A stretch of DNA of 62,979 nt, filler included, from Saprolegnia diclina VS20 (lineage: Eukaryota): the NCBI RefSeq assembly GCF_000281045.1. It is 8 parts of 3 records of this genome, joined end to end, with 100 filler letters (N's around TTAATTAATTAA, not from the genome) between each part and the next. Parts side by side here need not be neighbours in the genome. Positions count along the whole stretch, not along the records: positions 13,203 to 35,153 come from NW_008246073.1; positions 35,254 to 45,245 come from NW_008246073.1; 6 more parts are not named here. The stretch is one strand, 5' to 3'. Positions 22,467-35,932 of this stretch are shown here, piece by piece. Below the pieces are notes generated by a model. The model searched no databases, was not told the DNA's origin, and was given only the letters and a program-made list of their open reading frames with translations. Within the stretch, counting starts at the first letter, position 1. Every line of letters begins with the position of its first letter. Position numbers and translations under genes: made by a program.

Positions 22467-25429
22467 ATGGCCGCCCAACTGCGACCGCTCGTCGGTGACA
22501 TCCTGCGCCGTGCCCATGCCATGAGCTTCAGCACCAAGCCGCACAGCACGCCCGGCGGTGGCAAGCGCTGGACGCCCAAGCCGCGCACGGACCTCTTCCC
22601 GAGCAAGCCGCATGCCAAGAAGCCGACGACGATGGCGCCCAAGGCCGGCGCCGGGTCGACCGACGCGTTCGTCAAGGAAAAGAAGCAGCGCCAAACGTGG
22701 GACAAGGAGCTCAAAAAGTGGGTGGTGTACGAGGAGCCAAAGCCGGTCGCGTCGCCCGCGCGCATGCTGCGCACCGAGACCAAGCCGACGCCGATCAAAA
22801 GCGGTGAACCGGGCCGCTTCCGTCTCTTTGGCGACCGCGATCTCAAGGTCACCGTGCCGAAGCTGCCAACCTCGAAGCCGCCCACCTCGAAGCTACCGAC
22901 GTCGAACCTGCCAACCTCCAAGCCGATCGAGAAGCACGTGACACGGAAGGACTGGCGCCACAACCCGCCGCACTCGCACAGCTTTCAGGACCCGAAAAAG
23001 AAGGCGCACGCCCACACGGTGGCGCAAAAGGCGCTGCAGTTTGAAAAGAGTCTCTTTGACTCGGAGTCGTCGCTCTTTCCCGACATTGACTGGAAGTCGC
23101 GGCCTCGGAACGACCGCCGGCGCTTTCAGGAGCGTCAAAACTCGGCGCAGCGGTCGCGCAACTCCAAGAACAGTCAAATGCGCAAGCGCGAAATGATCGC
23201 CGAGCACCTCAAGGACCTCAAGGTCGAGATCCCGGTGACAATCACAGTCTCGGACCTCGCAGAGCGCATGTGCATCAAGTCGTTCAAGCTCGTACGCGTC
23301 CTCAAGGGCCTTGGCGAGCGCGTCAACGACGACACGGGTGCTCTACTCGCGTTGACTTGAAGCCGCTCACATGCCACTTGTAGAGATTTCGGCCGAAGTC
23401 GCCGAGCTCGCGGTCGAAGAAATGGGCATGATCCCGATCCTCATGCAGGGCTTTGTGGATCTGACGCGAACGCAAATTCCGGACGACTGCAGCAGCTTTC
23501 CCGTGCGCCCGCCCGTGGTCTCGGTCATGGGCCATGTCGACCATGGCAAGACGACGCTCCTCGACGCGCTTCGCAACACGACGACCAAGGAGCACGGCGG
23601 CATCACGCAGAGCATTGGCGCGTTCACAGTGCCAATGGCCGAGTCGCCGACGCCCATCACATTTTTCGACACACCGGGTACGCACTTCGATCCTGCCAAA
23701 AGCTGTTTTTACGGATGATTTTTAGGGCATGCGGCGTTCAGCAACATGCGTGCGCAGGGCTGCCACCTCACGGACGTGCTCGTGGTCGTCGTGGCGGCCG
23801 ACGACGGCATTCGCCCACAAACCAAAGAGGTGCTCGAGCTAGCGAAGGAGCATGATTTGCCCATGATCATTGCCATCACCAAGTGCGACCGGTACGAGTC
23901 TCGAATATTTGTGTCTTTTGATTCATGTTCTCCTTGTAGATACGAAGACCAGGAAGACGAAGTCATCGAGCGCATTACCCAAGAGCTCGAGTTCAACGGC
24001 ATTGAAGCGCACGATACGCAGCTCGTGTGCGTCTCGGGCAAGACGGGCAAGGGTAGGATTTTTGATTTCCAAAATGATTTTTGAAGGACGAGTTCCGTGT
24101 AGGACTGGACGAACTCAAGCAAGCGATTGTGCTGCAGGCGGAGCTCATGGACCTCCGCGCCGACACGGCCGCGCCGGGCGAAGGTGTTGTCGTCGAAGCT
24201 ACGCTCGTGCGCGGGTACACGCTTGGACTCCAGCCGCATATTTATAAACCCTACACCTAGGTGGGGCACGACCGTCGATATGATGGTCACGTGGGGATCG
24301 GTCTCGGTCGGTCAGTTTGTGGTCTGCGGCCTCGAATACGGCAAGATCAAGTCGCTCGTCGATGAAAACGGCAAGCCCGTACGCAGTATCTTCTTTATTT
24401 GTCGATTTACAAATTGGACTATTGCATTAGGTCAAGATCGCGACGCCGAGCATGCCCGTGCGCATGGTCGGCCTCAAGGAGCTCCCCAAGACAGGCGACT
24501 CGATCCTCCCGGTCGAGACGGAAGAGCTCGCGAAGGAGATTGTCACCGAGCGCGCTCGTATCCAAGAGCAAGTGCGGCTCAAGGAACTCGCGGCCAACAT
24601 GGCGGAAGGCGAGAAGAAGGACCACGTGCCGATCGCGCGCCGGCAAAAGGCGCGGCAGCTCGAGCTCCAGCGCCAAGAGCGCGTCTCGGAGGAGAAGCGG
24701 CTCGAGAACCTCACGGTCGACGACGAAGGCTACGTCAAGAAGATCATCCCGATGATCCTCAAGACCAATTCGCTCGGTGTCATTGACGCGATCGACCTCC
24801 TCGTGCAAGAGCTCAACGACGTCAACGACGAGTGCGAGCTCAAGCGCATCCACGGCGGCGTCGGGCCTGTCTCGACCTCCGATATCGACTTGGCCGCGCG
24901 GACCGGCGCGACGATCTTCACCTTCAACACGCGCCACCCGGGCTCGATCGACAAGGACGCGACACGTACTCTCTCTCGCATGCGATGGCCTCTGATAGAT
25001 TGATACATTGTAGGTCGAAAGATTGATATTCGGTCGCACAACGTGGTCTACGCGCTCGTCGACGACATTGAAGCGGTTGTGACCAAGGAGATGACGCCGG
25101 TCGTCGCGGAAGAAGTCGTCGGTGCCGCCGAAGTCCTCCAAGTCATTTCGATCAACACCAAGGGTCGGGCCAAGGTGAACGTGGCCGGCGTGCGCGTGAC
25201 GGACGGTAATCTGTATGCGGACTGCACCTTCCGCGTGCTGCGTCAAGGCGAGGTCGTCATGGACGGCGCGTCGCTCGAGAGCATGCGGCACTACCAGGAG
25301 AAGATCTCGGAGAGCGCCAAGGGCCAAGAGTGCGGCCTCCAATTTGAGAACGACGTGCCCTTCAAGCAGGGCGATGTGCTGCAGGCGTACCGCCTCAACA
25401 AGGTCCCGCCGAAACTCCAGCGCCAGTAG
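22467..25429 (+). CDS. MTIF2: Translation initiation factor IF-2, mitochondrial (bacterial-type), multi-exon
   Basis: [72 protein letters not shown]; basic transit-like N-terminus; several short introns. Confidence 0.93.
22861..22926 (+). repeat. Imperfect 15-bp coding tandem repeat ([10 protein letters not shown]) in the IF2 N-terminus
   Basis: [22 protein letters not shown]. Confidence 0.8.
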
Positions 25430-25536
25430 TAAATACCACCAACAACGACCGTAGACTTCTTCTTCTTCTTCATGTAGAGTACGATGCTGCCAACCATATA
25501 TGTGGTGATGCATTGGCATGGTAGAAACAGAGCGCG

Positions 25537-25934
25537 CTAGGCGAGGCTGAGCGCGTACACAGTCGCGATCGCGACCAGCGTCGGCGTCTCGTAGCGCACG
25601 ACGACCTGGCCGTCCGTGTCGGCGTTCCACGCGCACGCGGACGACGTGTGCACACCGCCGTTCTTCTTCTGCAGCAGCGCGAGATGCACGACAAACTTGA
25701 AGCCGGCGGCGCCGTCCGCAAGCGTCTGGAGCCGCTGGAGGCACGCGGCCGGCAGTGACTGCGTCCATTTCTGGGCGTCCACGGGGTGGTAGACCTGGTC
25801 GCGCAGCGCGTGCTCGAGCGTCTACCCAGGAGCACATGGACATGACGCACGCGGTGACGGCGACGTACCTCGAGGACCACGCGCTTGGCGTCGGCCTGGA
25901 TCGTCTTGAAGAAGTAGACAGGCTCGATCTCCAT
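25537..25934 (-). CDS. Dynein light chain, Tctex-1 family (one intron, about 25823-25868)
   Basis: FKFVVHLALLQKKNGGVHTSSACAWNADTDG...YETPTLVAIATVYAL is a typical Tctex1 sequence. Confidence 0.88.
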
Positions 25935-27394
25935 CTTTCAGCGGCCGGCGAGCGATGTAAATGCCACGACGCTATCCGGATAATGGTGGGCAAATTACCG
26001 GACGCGCGATGGAGGCAGACAATGGCTCGTGCAGATCCCTCTTGTTGTCTTGATTATCGAGACCAAATTACGTATGCTAGTACAGAGCTGTCAGGTGTCA
26101 ATGGCGGTGAACGTGTAGCCTCGCATCCTGCTTGACTGGCGTGCACGCCGCTGTGCTGCCGAGTTACACCGGAAGACGAAAGCAACGTCGACGAAATGGC
26201 TTGCTGATGTTGAGGACTCGAGGTATCATCAACCAACGCTATCGTTGCAAGGCCAACGGGGTTCCGCTGCCAACGTCGTCACCACTGAATACACCGCTGC
26301 AAGCGTAGTATGGTCCCCGCCACGAGGCAAAGTGCAAAGAGTCGCGCTGCCGGATGCTATCACCTCGGCTCCACCTCGGCACGCATCGCATCGAGTTGGG
26401 TGCACCCGCGATGGCGATCTATACTTAGACGTCCTAGCCCTTCGGCTTACTAGAGGCAAGGAATAGACGGACTGCGCTCTCCATCGGTCATCGGTCTTGG
26501 TTTCCTGTCCTTGACCGACGTTAGCTGCTTCACTTAGGGACGGTGCTCCAAGCTTAGAGTCTGAACTGCGAAGAAGTGGATCGGCCTTGGCGACTCGCCT
26601 CTCGAAGCCACCAGACGTCGTTGGGTTGCACGCCACCATCTCGGTACCGCAATCGCCGCTCACAGCTGACCACCGCGGCCCCTGTCGCAGCCACCGAGCT
26701 GTGTTTCTTTTCGTCAAGGGGTCCATCACTCGGTGGCGATGTTGGTCGTAGAGCTGGAGCTAGTGGGGGCCTTGTGAGTCGCGTGGGGTGCTAGCACCTC
26801 GTTCAGCTCAGCACACTGCAAACCCAATGCGAAAAGAACCGTTGTGAAATTGCGCTAGGATTTGCTATGCATCTATGCAGATTCGTTACCTTCGACAACA
26901 ACGATGACGCAGAGTGCACGCCCCGTCATCATGCCAATCAACGCAGCGCCATAATCCTTTGCGTACCCTGCAGCCTGTCTGTTTGCGGGCGCATCATACA
27001 AGTCCTGTGCCACCGCATTTTTCACATTTACCACGTCAATTTGACGACATGTCGCATGTGGGAAAAAGAACGCCCTACGTTGCTGGACGTCGCGCTGTGG
27101 TAGCGATTTGCTATTAGCACTCGCTATTAGCACACCAACACATAACGAGGCGCGTGTCTAGAACTGATATCTCTGCAAGCAGCCACCTAGTATAGCAAAC
27201 GCGACGACCTTGGCGCACCAATAGGTCACAGCCAAAACCACATTTCCAACATGTGCACACCGTGAAAAATAAATGTGAGAAAGGAGCGTTGATGAGTTTC
27301 GCGCGACAAATTCAAAAATCGGACTTTGACTTTGGAATCCAAGAGTCGTTGTCCTTGGAGCTTCATTTTGAATCTTGACACTTGAGACCCAAGC

Positions 27395-28305
27395 ATGAAG
27401 TTTGACCGCTTGACGTCACCCATTGACGGCGACTACGAGATCGAGATGACCGACGAGGCGCCGCCGCAGCGCAAGCGACACCGCGCCATCCTGATTGGTA
27501 CACAATTTTCCCTCCAAAATGCATCCCCTCACGACAAAATATATTGTAGGCTGCCTCGCTGCCGTGTATCTGGCAATGACGGGAACCATTATCTACCTTG
27601 CTGCGAGCAAATTTTCGAAGGCGTCGTCCATGCCCGTGATCCTCATGGTCGGCGATTCCATCACCGAGTACGCCGCGAACGTCAACATGCACGGCTTTCA
27701 GGCGTCGCTGGCCCACGACTATATTCGACACGCCGACGTTGTCAACCGGGGCCGGGCCGGTTGGTCGACCCAGTACGACAATATTGTCATGAAAGTTGTG
27801 GTAGTTATGAACAAACTATTGTAGGAATTGGCGCCCAAAGATCCCAGCGCTGATCCGCGAGTGGGAAGCCCGATCGCCGATCCTTGTCACGATTGCGCTC
27901 GGCACCAACGATGCATCCCTCCCGAATGCAACGGGGCTCTACGTACCACCGAACAAGTACAAGGCCAACCTCGAGAGCATGGTGGCGGGCCTCAGCAGCG
28001 CCTTTCCGTCGACAAAATTCCTCCTTGTGACGCCGGGTGTCGCGGACGACGACTCGGCCATGGGCCAGCTGCACCGCAACGACCGCCAGGGAACGTACGC
28101 GGCGCTGTGCAAAGAAGTAGGCGACAAAATGAAGATTCCAGTTCTCGATCTGTGGACGCCACTGCAAGGCAAGCAAAAGTCCGTCCTTAGCGACGGCCTC
28201 CACCTCAATCAAGCTGGCAACGAGTTTGTCTACGACCAAATCAAGAACGCGATCGCAACATCGTATCCGCAGCTGCGACCCAGCGCGTTGCCCGAGCGGT
28301 CCTAA
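27395..28305 (+). CDS. SGNH/GDSL hydrolase (IAH1-like) with N-terminal transmembrane anchor; introns at about 27498-27549 and 27773-27823
   Basis: SGNH blocks GDSITE, VVNRGRAGWST, LGTNDA and SDGLHLNQAG; hydrophobic segment ILIGCLAAVYLAMTGTIIYLAA after splicing. Confidence 0.88.
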
Positions 28306-28937
28306 TGTCCATAACGTATAATTCTATTTACAAAAAACACGTTTACGCGCAGCTCGTCGCGACGCACGCAACGACAGAGTGCTGGAGGGCTTGCGAAAGC
28401 GAGCCAGTTGGTTTCCCGTGCCGTTCGAACGTTCCAAATGGCAAGCAGGATGATATATTTTCCGCCTGACACAGACCATGTCAAAGCATTCTGCTAGCTA
28501 TTCTGCTTCACAAGACTGGTAGCAGCTCCGAGACCTTCATGAAGTGCATCGTAGAAACGCATTGTGCATGAGAACCAGCAGGTTAATGATGTGTGGGCTA
28601 CTCACTTGAGGGATTACCGGTACTAGTACGTTCTAAAGAGCACACATCATGCGCTCGAATTTGCATCAGCGATAAATCACTTTGGGGCTTTGACACTACC
28701 TAGGTAATCTCAGTTCAGCGCAAAGGCGCGTAGGACCTCGCGGTCGTTGAGGCCCTACTACAATACAGACAGTAGTCACAGACCGGGGGACGATTGATTG
28801 GCATGTCGCTGATTGGCTGCGACCAACCAATCGAAACACAGCAAAGATACATCCACCAACTGCGTTTCAAGGATCGATGACGTTGTCAGTACTCTTTCAT
28901 TTAACATAACACACTGGACCTATCTCCTAGACAATAT

Positions 28938-30623
28938 CTACGGGTCGCAGCCACCACCGCCCGCGACAACCATGCACGACGTCGACGGGAGCATCGAGAG
29001 CACGCTGGCTGTGATCGAAAAGACGAGCGCGGCGAGGACGAAGACAAGGACGCAGCCGCCGACGATCGGGTAGCTGCCGCCGTGGCGCTGGAGGTTGTGG
29101 AGCGCCGCCTTTTGCGTCGGCAAGAAGATCGATGTCATGGCCGCGACGAGAAACCCGGCGTAGTAGATAAGATACGTGTACGTGACCTGGACGCGGACCT
29201 CGGGCGTGTCGCTCACGATCGAGTCTTCGTCGACTTGGAAGTGGGCGCAAATGATGCTTGAGAGCACGGGGCCGACGGCAGCGGGAAGGTTCGAGACGGT
29301 CGTCAAAAGGCCGTAGACGACGCCTTCGTTGCCGATTTCGGCGAGCTCGACAATCACAAAGGTCGTGACGATGAAGAGGACGCCTTGGGGCAGCTGCTCG
29401 GCCAAGGGGACGCCAAGGTAGAACCACTGGTTGCGCACAATGGCGTAAAACGTGCAAAACTGCACGACCGAGTCGATCGCGATCGTCGCCAAGGTCGTCG
29501 AGACCACCACGATGCGCCAGTTCCAGTTGGTGCCCCACTTGCCAATCGAGGCCATGACGCCGGCCAGAATGAAGTTGGAAATGATGACAATAATCTGGCT
29601 GTTGAGGTTCTCGACCTTGGCCCAGTGCAGCTGCACGTATGTCGCGGCCGTCGACGAGAGACCGCCGCCAAAGAGATTGTAGAAAAAGTTGAACAACATG
29701 ATCTGCCACATGGCGCGCTTCTGGAGCAGCTCCCAAACCTGGCCCAAGTAGTGCCCAAACGGAACGGCCGGCGCCTTTGTGTCGCGGATCACAAAATAGG
29801 TCGTTGGCACCATGAGAAAGCACGGAATGCAGAGCAAAATGTACATGGTGTTGACGCCAAAGTCCCACGAGAAATCACCGGCAAACCGCGGCGAGTTCAT
29901 GCAAAAACCGGCAATGGCCGTTGAAATCGTCGACGAGACTGTGCGCGTTGTGTAGACAAGCGACTGCATGCGGCCGCGGGTTGCGACCGGCTCGCGCTGC
30001 GCATACTCGACAACGAGCGCGTCCGCGGGCACGTCCGCAAACACATACGAGATGGTCGCGACACCAAAGAGAAGCGCAACGACACCGCCTTTGACGGGCG
30101 CGTCCAAGTTGATGGTCGCGTTCTGGGCCGCCGTGCGGAGACTGGCCTCGATCCTGGACACGCCTGCCTCGCGGTAGTACGGGTCGCCAAAGCTCATGGA
30201 GGCGAGGACAAGGAGACAAATGAACGCGCCGGACCAGCCAATCATCATCCACGACTTGCGCCGGTAGCCATAGATCGGCACGCAGTCTGAGATCATACCA
30301 ATGAACGCCTTGAGCGACCAGCCAATGAAGAGAAGCGTCTTGGCCGAGTTGTACTGCGCGCCCGTCATGTGAAAGTAGCCGGTAAAGACGGGGTACGTCA
30401 TGTTGGGGAGCGCACCGAGCATGAGGCCGACAGCGACGTACTGCGAGAGAAGACCGAGCACCTCCTTGCTCGTGTAGACGGGGGCGCCGCCTTCGCGCAG
30501 CGCACCGCCCTCGAGGTCGCCGGGCGTCTTGGCTTCGTCGTACGCCTTGTCGATCGTCGCCGAGACGAACGAGAGTCGCTCCTCAATGCCCAACGCGCAG
30601 TTGGTGGTGGTGTGGCTCTGCAT
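28938..30623 (-). CDS. Folate-biopterin transporter (FBT/BT1 family)
   Basis: WSLKAFIGMISDCVPIYGYRRKSWM, ADVPADALVVEYAQREP..TRGRMQS, GNEGVVYGLLTTVSN; LEGGALREGGAP N-terminus typical of oomycete FBTs. Confidence 0.9.
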   Translation of the reverse strand: MQSHTTTNCALGIEERLSFVSATIDKAYDEAKTPGDLEGGALREGGAPVYTSKEVLGLLSQYVAVGLMLGALPNMTYPVFTGYFHMTGAQYNSAKTLLFIGWSLKAFIGMISDCVPIYGYRRKSWMMIGWSGAFICLLVLASMSFGDPYYREAGVSRIEASLRTAAQNATINLDAPVKGGVVALLFGVATISYVFADVPADALVVEYAQREPVATRGRMQSLVYTTRTVSSTISTAIAGFCMNSPRFAGDFSWDFGVNTMYILLCIPCFLMVPTTYFVIRDTKAPAVPFGHYLGQVWELLQKRAMWQIMLFNFFYNLFGGGLSSTAATYVQLHWAKVENLNSQIIVIISNFILAGVMASIGKWGTNWNWRIVVVSTTLATIAIDSVVQFCTFYAIVRNQWFYLGVPLAEQLPQGVLFIVTTFVIVELAEIGNEGVVYGLLTTVSNLPAAVGPVLSSIICAHFQVDEDSIVSDTPEVRVQVTYTYLIYYAGFLVAAMTSIFLPTQKAALHNLQRHGGSYPIVGGCVLVFVLAALVFSITASVLSMLPSTSCMVVAGGGGCDP

Positions 30624-31786
30624 CGCAAAACGAAAAATGAAGCGATGCTTGGCAGCCACAAAGTCGCAGTACACAGTAGCAGTTTGCCATTTGACGTGGG
30701 CACAGTGGGATATTGTTAGCGACGCCACGGGTGTTATAACGCGTCGTCTTCTACGCACTTGGCGTTAGACTGTCGTTGGAGTCGCCTTTAGCGTGTTGTA
30801 CGCGTTGGCGCACGTGTTTGACGTACTATGACCGAGGTGTTAGATCGATCACCCAAGCGAACCCAGCTGTGACTAATGATCAGATTAACGCCATGTGTGT
30901 TCGGCTCACACAGTGGCGACGACGTTTTCGGGCCGCTCTCGCCTTCTATGGTCCACGATCCAGATTTCGAAGAGACGACGACTGCGACGTGCCCGGTGAC
31001 GCTTTGGGTTATGCTTGTGGGTACCAATTACCATCGCGTCGGCAACACCCGCTGCAGCCAAAAGCATCTTTTATGATCTCTTGCCTTCATACGCCACTGT
31101 AGATAGGCGTAGTTTGCATGGCTCTCGACCTACCGGGACTAGTGCATGATGAGGAGCGCGCTCGTTTTGTTATTTAGCGGAGCCGTTGCGTGGTGATGTG
31201 GGTCTGCGATAGACGTTTAGTGTGATGTTATCTTGTGATCTTGGCTCGGAGAATCTCTGTGCTCGCTACGTGAAGCAAGAAGCACTGTGGTACAAGGTAA
31301 TGTGGGTGGCGGCGTCGTCAGCTTCAATCCACGGCTGCAACTGATCGCACCCTGCCTGTCCATACAGAGGAGGAGCGAGATGGCTGCATCGCTCTTTGGA
31401 GAGTCAACTTTTTCCCTTACACTACAGTGTAGCAGAGTACGTAGAGCTACTAGTACGTAGTCGAAGGAACTGTGATAGAGTGGGCAACGCTGTGGCTTGT
31501 ATGGTTTCTTTCGCAGCGCCAACCGTGCGATTTAACCGATGAGGTGAGTGTCGTCAGCCACTTTAGCGCCTTTCACCACCACCATTTTGCAGTTCGCGTG
31601 TCGAGTTTGAGGGTCAAGTCCAGGACGACATACATGTGCGATGCGCAGCAATGATACGGGTCGAGATGAACACGAAGCGTACCCTTGCCAGACGCAGAAA
31701 CAGCTCGATCGCAAACTCGACTGCGAAACGACAACCCGTCGACAGCATTATACAACTTTGAAATGCCGTATTCGAGCCAGCGTTTA

Positions 31787-33829
31787 TTAATAACTCTTCA
31801 ACGGCAAATCCGAGAATTCTTGCAGATGGGCATTACCCTTGTTCGTGACGCTCCGGGCGGTCTTGACCGCATTGATCGTCTCCATCGATGGCTTTTCCAA
31901 AATCTGGATGACGTCATCGATTTTGGGACGGTCTTCCGGTTCCTTGGTGACGCACCACTGGACGAGTTCGCGGTACCACTCGGCGCAGTCGGAGCGCAAC
32001 TCGGGCACGTACTCGCCTCGTCTCGCCTTCTCGTCGCTGCCTCGGGGCGCTGGCGCGCCCATGTCCATCTCGGCGAGAATGACGCCAAACGCATAAATGT
32101 CGGCGGACGCCAAGAGCTTGGGGGCGCCTTTCAAGACTTCGGGGGCAACGTAGTGCTCGGTCAAGAGACTCGCGTGAGTCATGGTCATCGACTCGACGCG
32201 GCACAGACCAAAGTCGGCGAGCTTGATCTGACCATTCGTGTTGAAGAGCACATTGTCGAGCTTGAGGTTGCCGTGGACCATGGACCAAGCTTGTTGGTCT
32301 TTTGGTCCTTTCGGTTTATGCAGCACCTGGAGCCCTCGCGCAATGGCAAGAGCGACATCGAGAATGTTGATTTCGTCGGGCTTTGTCGCATTCTTGGCCT
32401 CCGTCAACCGATGCAAGTGGCTGCGAAGGGTGCCGTCGTCCATGTACTCGAGGTAGAGCTGCCATTGGCGGCTGGACAAGTTGATCTTCTGCGTATAAAT
32501 CTCGACAATGTACTCGGACTTGCAGCTATAGAAGGCTAATAAAAGAAGGGGAACAAAGAACGTCGTACGTCGAGAGGGCGCGCAACTCGTATACCGCGTC
32601 GAGGGACTTGACGAAGAGCGTCTTGGCAACGGCGGTCTTTCCTTCGTACGTAACCCGTCGGCATGTGCCAAAACGCCCGGACCCGAGGTTAGGGTTGCCG
32701 TCGCGACGTGCCACCATCTGAAGCTCGTGCATGCTCGGTGCGATTTCAAGCACCGAACGAATTTGGTTGTATTCGGTCTGGAAGGCAGTGTTGGCGGCGT
32801 CCTTGGTCTTCTCCGTGTACACTACATAGGTGGTCAATAATGGCTTTCTGTCGAAGGCGACGACGCACCGTGCAACGCAAAATCGACTGGCGAGAGGCCC
32901 TACGAAAAATAATGCCACGAGTCGGTCTCGTCGCGGGACTCGTACACCGCAGGGTTGGTAAAAGTCGGCACCGTGCGCAACGAGCAGCTGGACGAGGTCG
33001 GCGCGCAGCGCATAGATGACTGCAGCGAGCGGCGTCAAACCATTCTACATTCCTCATGATTGAATATACCCAGAGTCAAAATCACAAGACTGTACCAAAT
33101 CAGCCGCGTCAACGTTGGCACGACTCGTGAGAAGCGCGTGAATAACCTCCTTGTTGCCCGTCGCAACGGCGTAGTGGAGTGGCGTCAGACCATGCTAGAC
33201 AAAAAATCAAGTCAAGTAGCCGGACTCAAGAGATAACAAATAACCTTGTCTGCCGCGTTGATTTTGAGGCCGGTTTTTTCCGTGAGGAGCCGCACAATGT
33301 CGACCGCGCCGAGCTTGCACGCGGTATGCAGCGGGGTTTCTCCGCTACCCAAAGATATCACATACAAATCATGTCTTATTGCGGTCGTACTCGAAGAGGG
33401 CATTGACGTTGGCACCTTTGTTCAAAAGCACTTTGACAATCTCGTGGTTTTGGATAAAACACGCCAGGTGCAATGGCGAGCGTCCATCCTACAACAAGAC
33501 AAGATTGATGACAGCGCCGTCATGATACTGCGAAGTTGTCGTACGAGCGAGACGTTGACGTCAGGGTTGTGCTGCAAAAGCGTCTTGAGCACGAGAATGG
33601 CTTCGTTCGACACTTTGGCTTGCGCGACAATCCAGTGCAGCCCGACCTCGAGCAGTGTGTGCCCTTCCTACGAGAGCAGGACCTGCAGTGACGATCGATC
33701 GAAGTGACGGACCTCACTGCGGGCGTCGCAGAGCAACGCGGGGTGCGCCTTCAGGAGCTTTGCTACTGCCAAAGAGTCGAGCGCCTTCACGGCGCGCACG
33801 GCTGCGTCGACGACCTCTTCTGGGTTCAT
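31787..33829 (-). CDS. Ankyrin-repeat + pseudokinase gene A (class I), multi-exon
   Basis: ANK exons GRSPLHLACFIQNHEIVKVLLNKGANVN and GETPLHTACKLGAVDIVRLL; kinase LGSGRFG, AVAK, LEYMDDG, HGNLKLDN (HRD to HGN), ADFG, YVAPE, DIYAFG. Confidence 0.82.
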
Positions 33830-34118
33830 GTCCAAACGGCAAATGCAGCAAGAAATGATCGGAGACATGTCTGTTGATAAAAATTATGAACGACACGAAT
33901 TCCTCTATCTTTGGATACGCGTACCTGTATCTTTCGATACATTGCAGCAATAGATTGGCTATGTTTTGTAAATAGTATGTGATTTTGTATGCCGTCACCA
34001 CACTACCTGTCACAATGCATATTTACCTGTCGATCGTTGAAGTTCATGATGGCGGTTGGAGCACTTGCTAATTTCAAATGCGCGGCTTTCACTTGCCATT
34101 TCGACGCCGATTACAGCC

Positions 34119-35900
34119 ATGGCGCATGCGATGTCCCGGGAACTAACGAATGCTGAGGTCCGTCGTCCAGCGAGTTGTGCTGACTGACGCGTGCACGTAG
34201 GTAGCTGTGTTTGCGGCCATCCAGCGCGGCGACTACGGCGACGTCTGCGCGTTCTTGAAGAAGTTGGGCAATGTCAATATTGCCGATCCGGTGGAAACGA
34301 TCGCAATGTCCAAACCAACGCTAATGCTTTGTACGTAGGCCAAGAAGACAAGCGAGTACACGTATACGCTTGTGCATGCGACGCTCGAGGCCTTTTGTAC
34401 GGGGCGCCACGCCATTGAAAATTACTTGAAGCTGGGCAAAGACGCCAAGACGACGCAGGTCCAGGCACTCTGCAAAACGCAGCTCGAAATTCTGGACCTC
34501 GTCCTACGCACTCGCTTTGACGCGATGCAAGTGTGCAGCCAGGTATTGTTTGCAATAGCATCGACTCCGCGCCTTAATCATCTCGCTCTCTAGGATGCGT
34601 ACGCCTTGCATCATCAACGCCGCTTCTTCTTTGCGTTGTATATTGATGCTGGCACTGTAGCACGACGCTGCCGACCTTGACGATGCGATGGGTTGAGCCG
34701 CCGCATACCGTCGCGTTCTTCAAGGTCCTCATGCATCGCGATCACACCCACAGCGGCATCAAGCCCAACATGTGCGACCTTGTGCCCGTACGTACACGCC
34801 ATTGCGATTGATTCGACGACATTGTTCTCCACATATAGGGTCAGCCATGCGTCTTTGAGGCGGTTCAGCGCCGCAATTTCGAAGCCGCAACCTTCTTTTT
34901 CGCACATGGTATCGAAGTGACGACCATGAACGAGGTGCCTTCCTTCTACCATAGCCTGTTTGTGATTATCTTCCTAATTATAACGTCAGGACGGCGAGTG
35001 TCTTTTGTACAACGCCGTCATGCGCCGCGACCTGCTTGCGGTCGAGTTCCTGCTCCGTCAAACGGATATCAACGTCAACCAGGTTACCCTCGGGGTATAT
35101 CTTAGTGCTATCACCATGCGAGCTCACGTTTTAAACAGAGCCGAGAAACACCGNNNNNNNNNNNNNNNNNNNNNNNNNNNNNNNNNNNNNNNNNNNNTTA
35201 ATTAATTAANNNNNNNNNNNNNNNNNNNNNNNNNNNNNNNNNNNNNNNNNNNNATCTCGTCGTTACCACTGAGATTCTCGGTAGCTTCAAGTCGCCAAAC
35301 ATTATTGAGCTTCTTGACGTGAGCATCGACGCGACGACCGAGAGCACACGACTTGTTTTCGAGTCGATGAAAGGCACCCTTCGAAGCGCGCTCGACACTG
35401 ATTTGCTGGACGAGCACAAGACTCTTCAAGTGGCGCTGGACATTGCACACGGCCTCGCCTACGTGCACGCTCAATCGCTCGTCCACTGCAACCTCAAGCC
35501 CGGCAACATCTTTGTCGACCACTCGGGCCGCTCCAAACTCGCCGACTTTGGCTTGTGCTGTGAAACAAAAGACGTGCGCAAGAGCATTGGCACACCGCAG
35601 TACATGGCGCCAGAGCTCACGGTGTTCGAGAGCACCGACGAGGCCTCATTTCCTGTCGATGTCTTCGCCTTTGGCGTTCTTCTCACAGAGCTCAATACGG
35701 GCAACGTGCCGTACAGTGAGGACGGCTACGTGAGCCAATATGCGCTTTGGAATGCCGTCCAAGGTGGTCGTCGCCCCGCATTGCGAGACGACTGCCCCGC
35801 GTGGTACCGGGACCTTGCGATCGCGTGCATGGCCGCTAAGCCAAATGCTCGCCCTGCTGTGGCTGACATCATTCACACCTTGGAGCATCAGTTGCTGTAG
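34119..35900 (+). CDS. Ankyrin-repeat + pseudokinase gene B (class II), spanning an assembly gap
   Basis: 5' exons homologous to genes C/F (LTNAE|VAVFAAIQRGDY..., YTYTLVHA); kinase after the gap has HCNLKPGN, ADFG, GTPQYMAPE, DVFAFG. Confidence 0.7.
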
Positions 35901-35932
35901 TTTTAACGGATTGAGTCAACTAGATTTTATTT

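Noticed and set aside
26000..27300. Possible retroelement remnant (CCLDYR resembles RT CxDYR)
   Set aside because: One short motif only, with no other RT, RNase H or integrase signature
30776..31750. Short ORFs between the FBT gene and kinase gene A
   Set aside because: No motifs or codon bias that support a call
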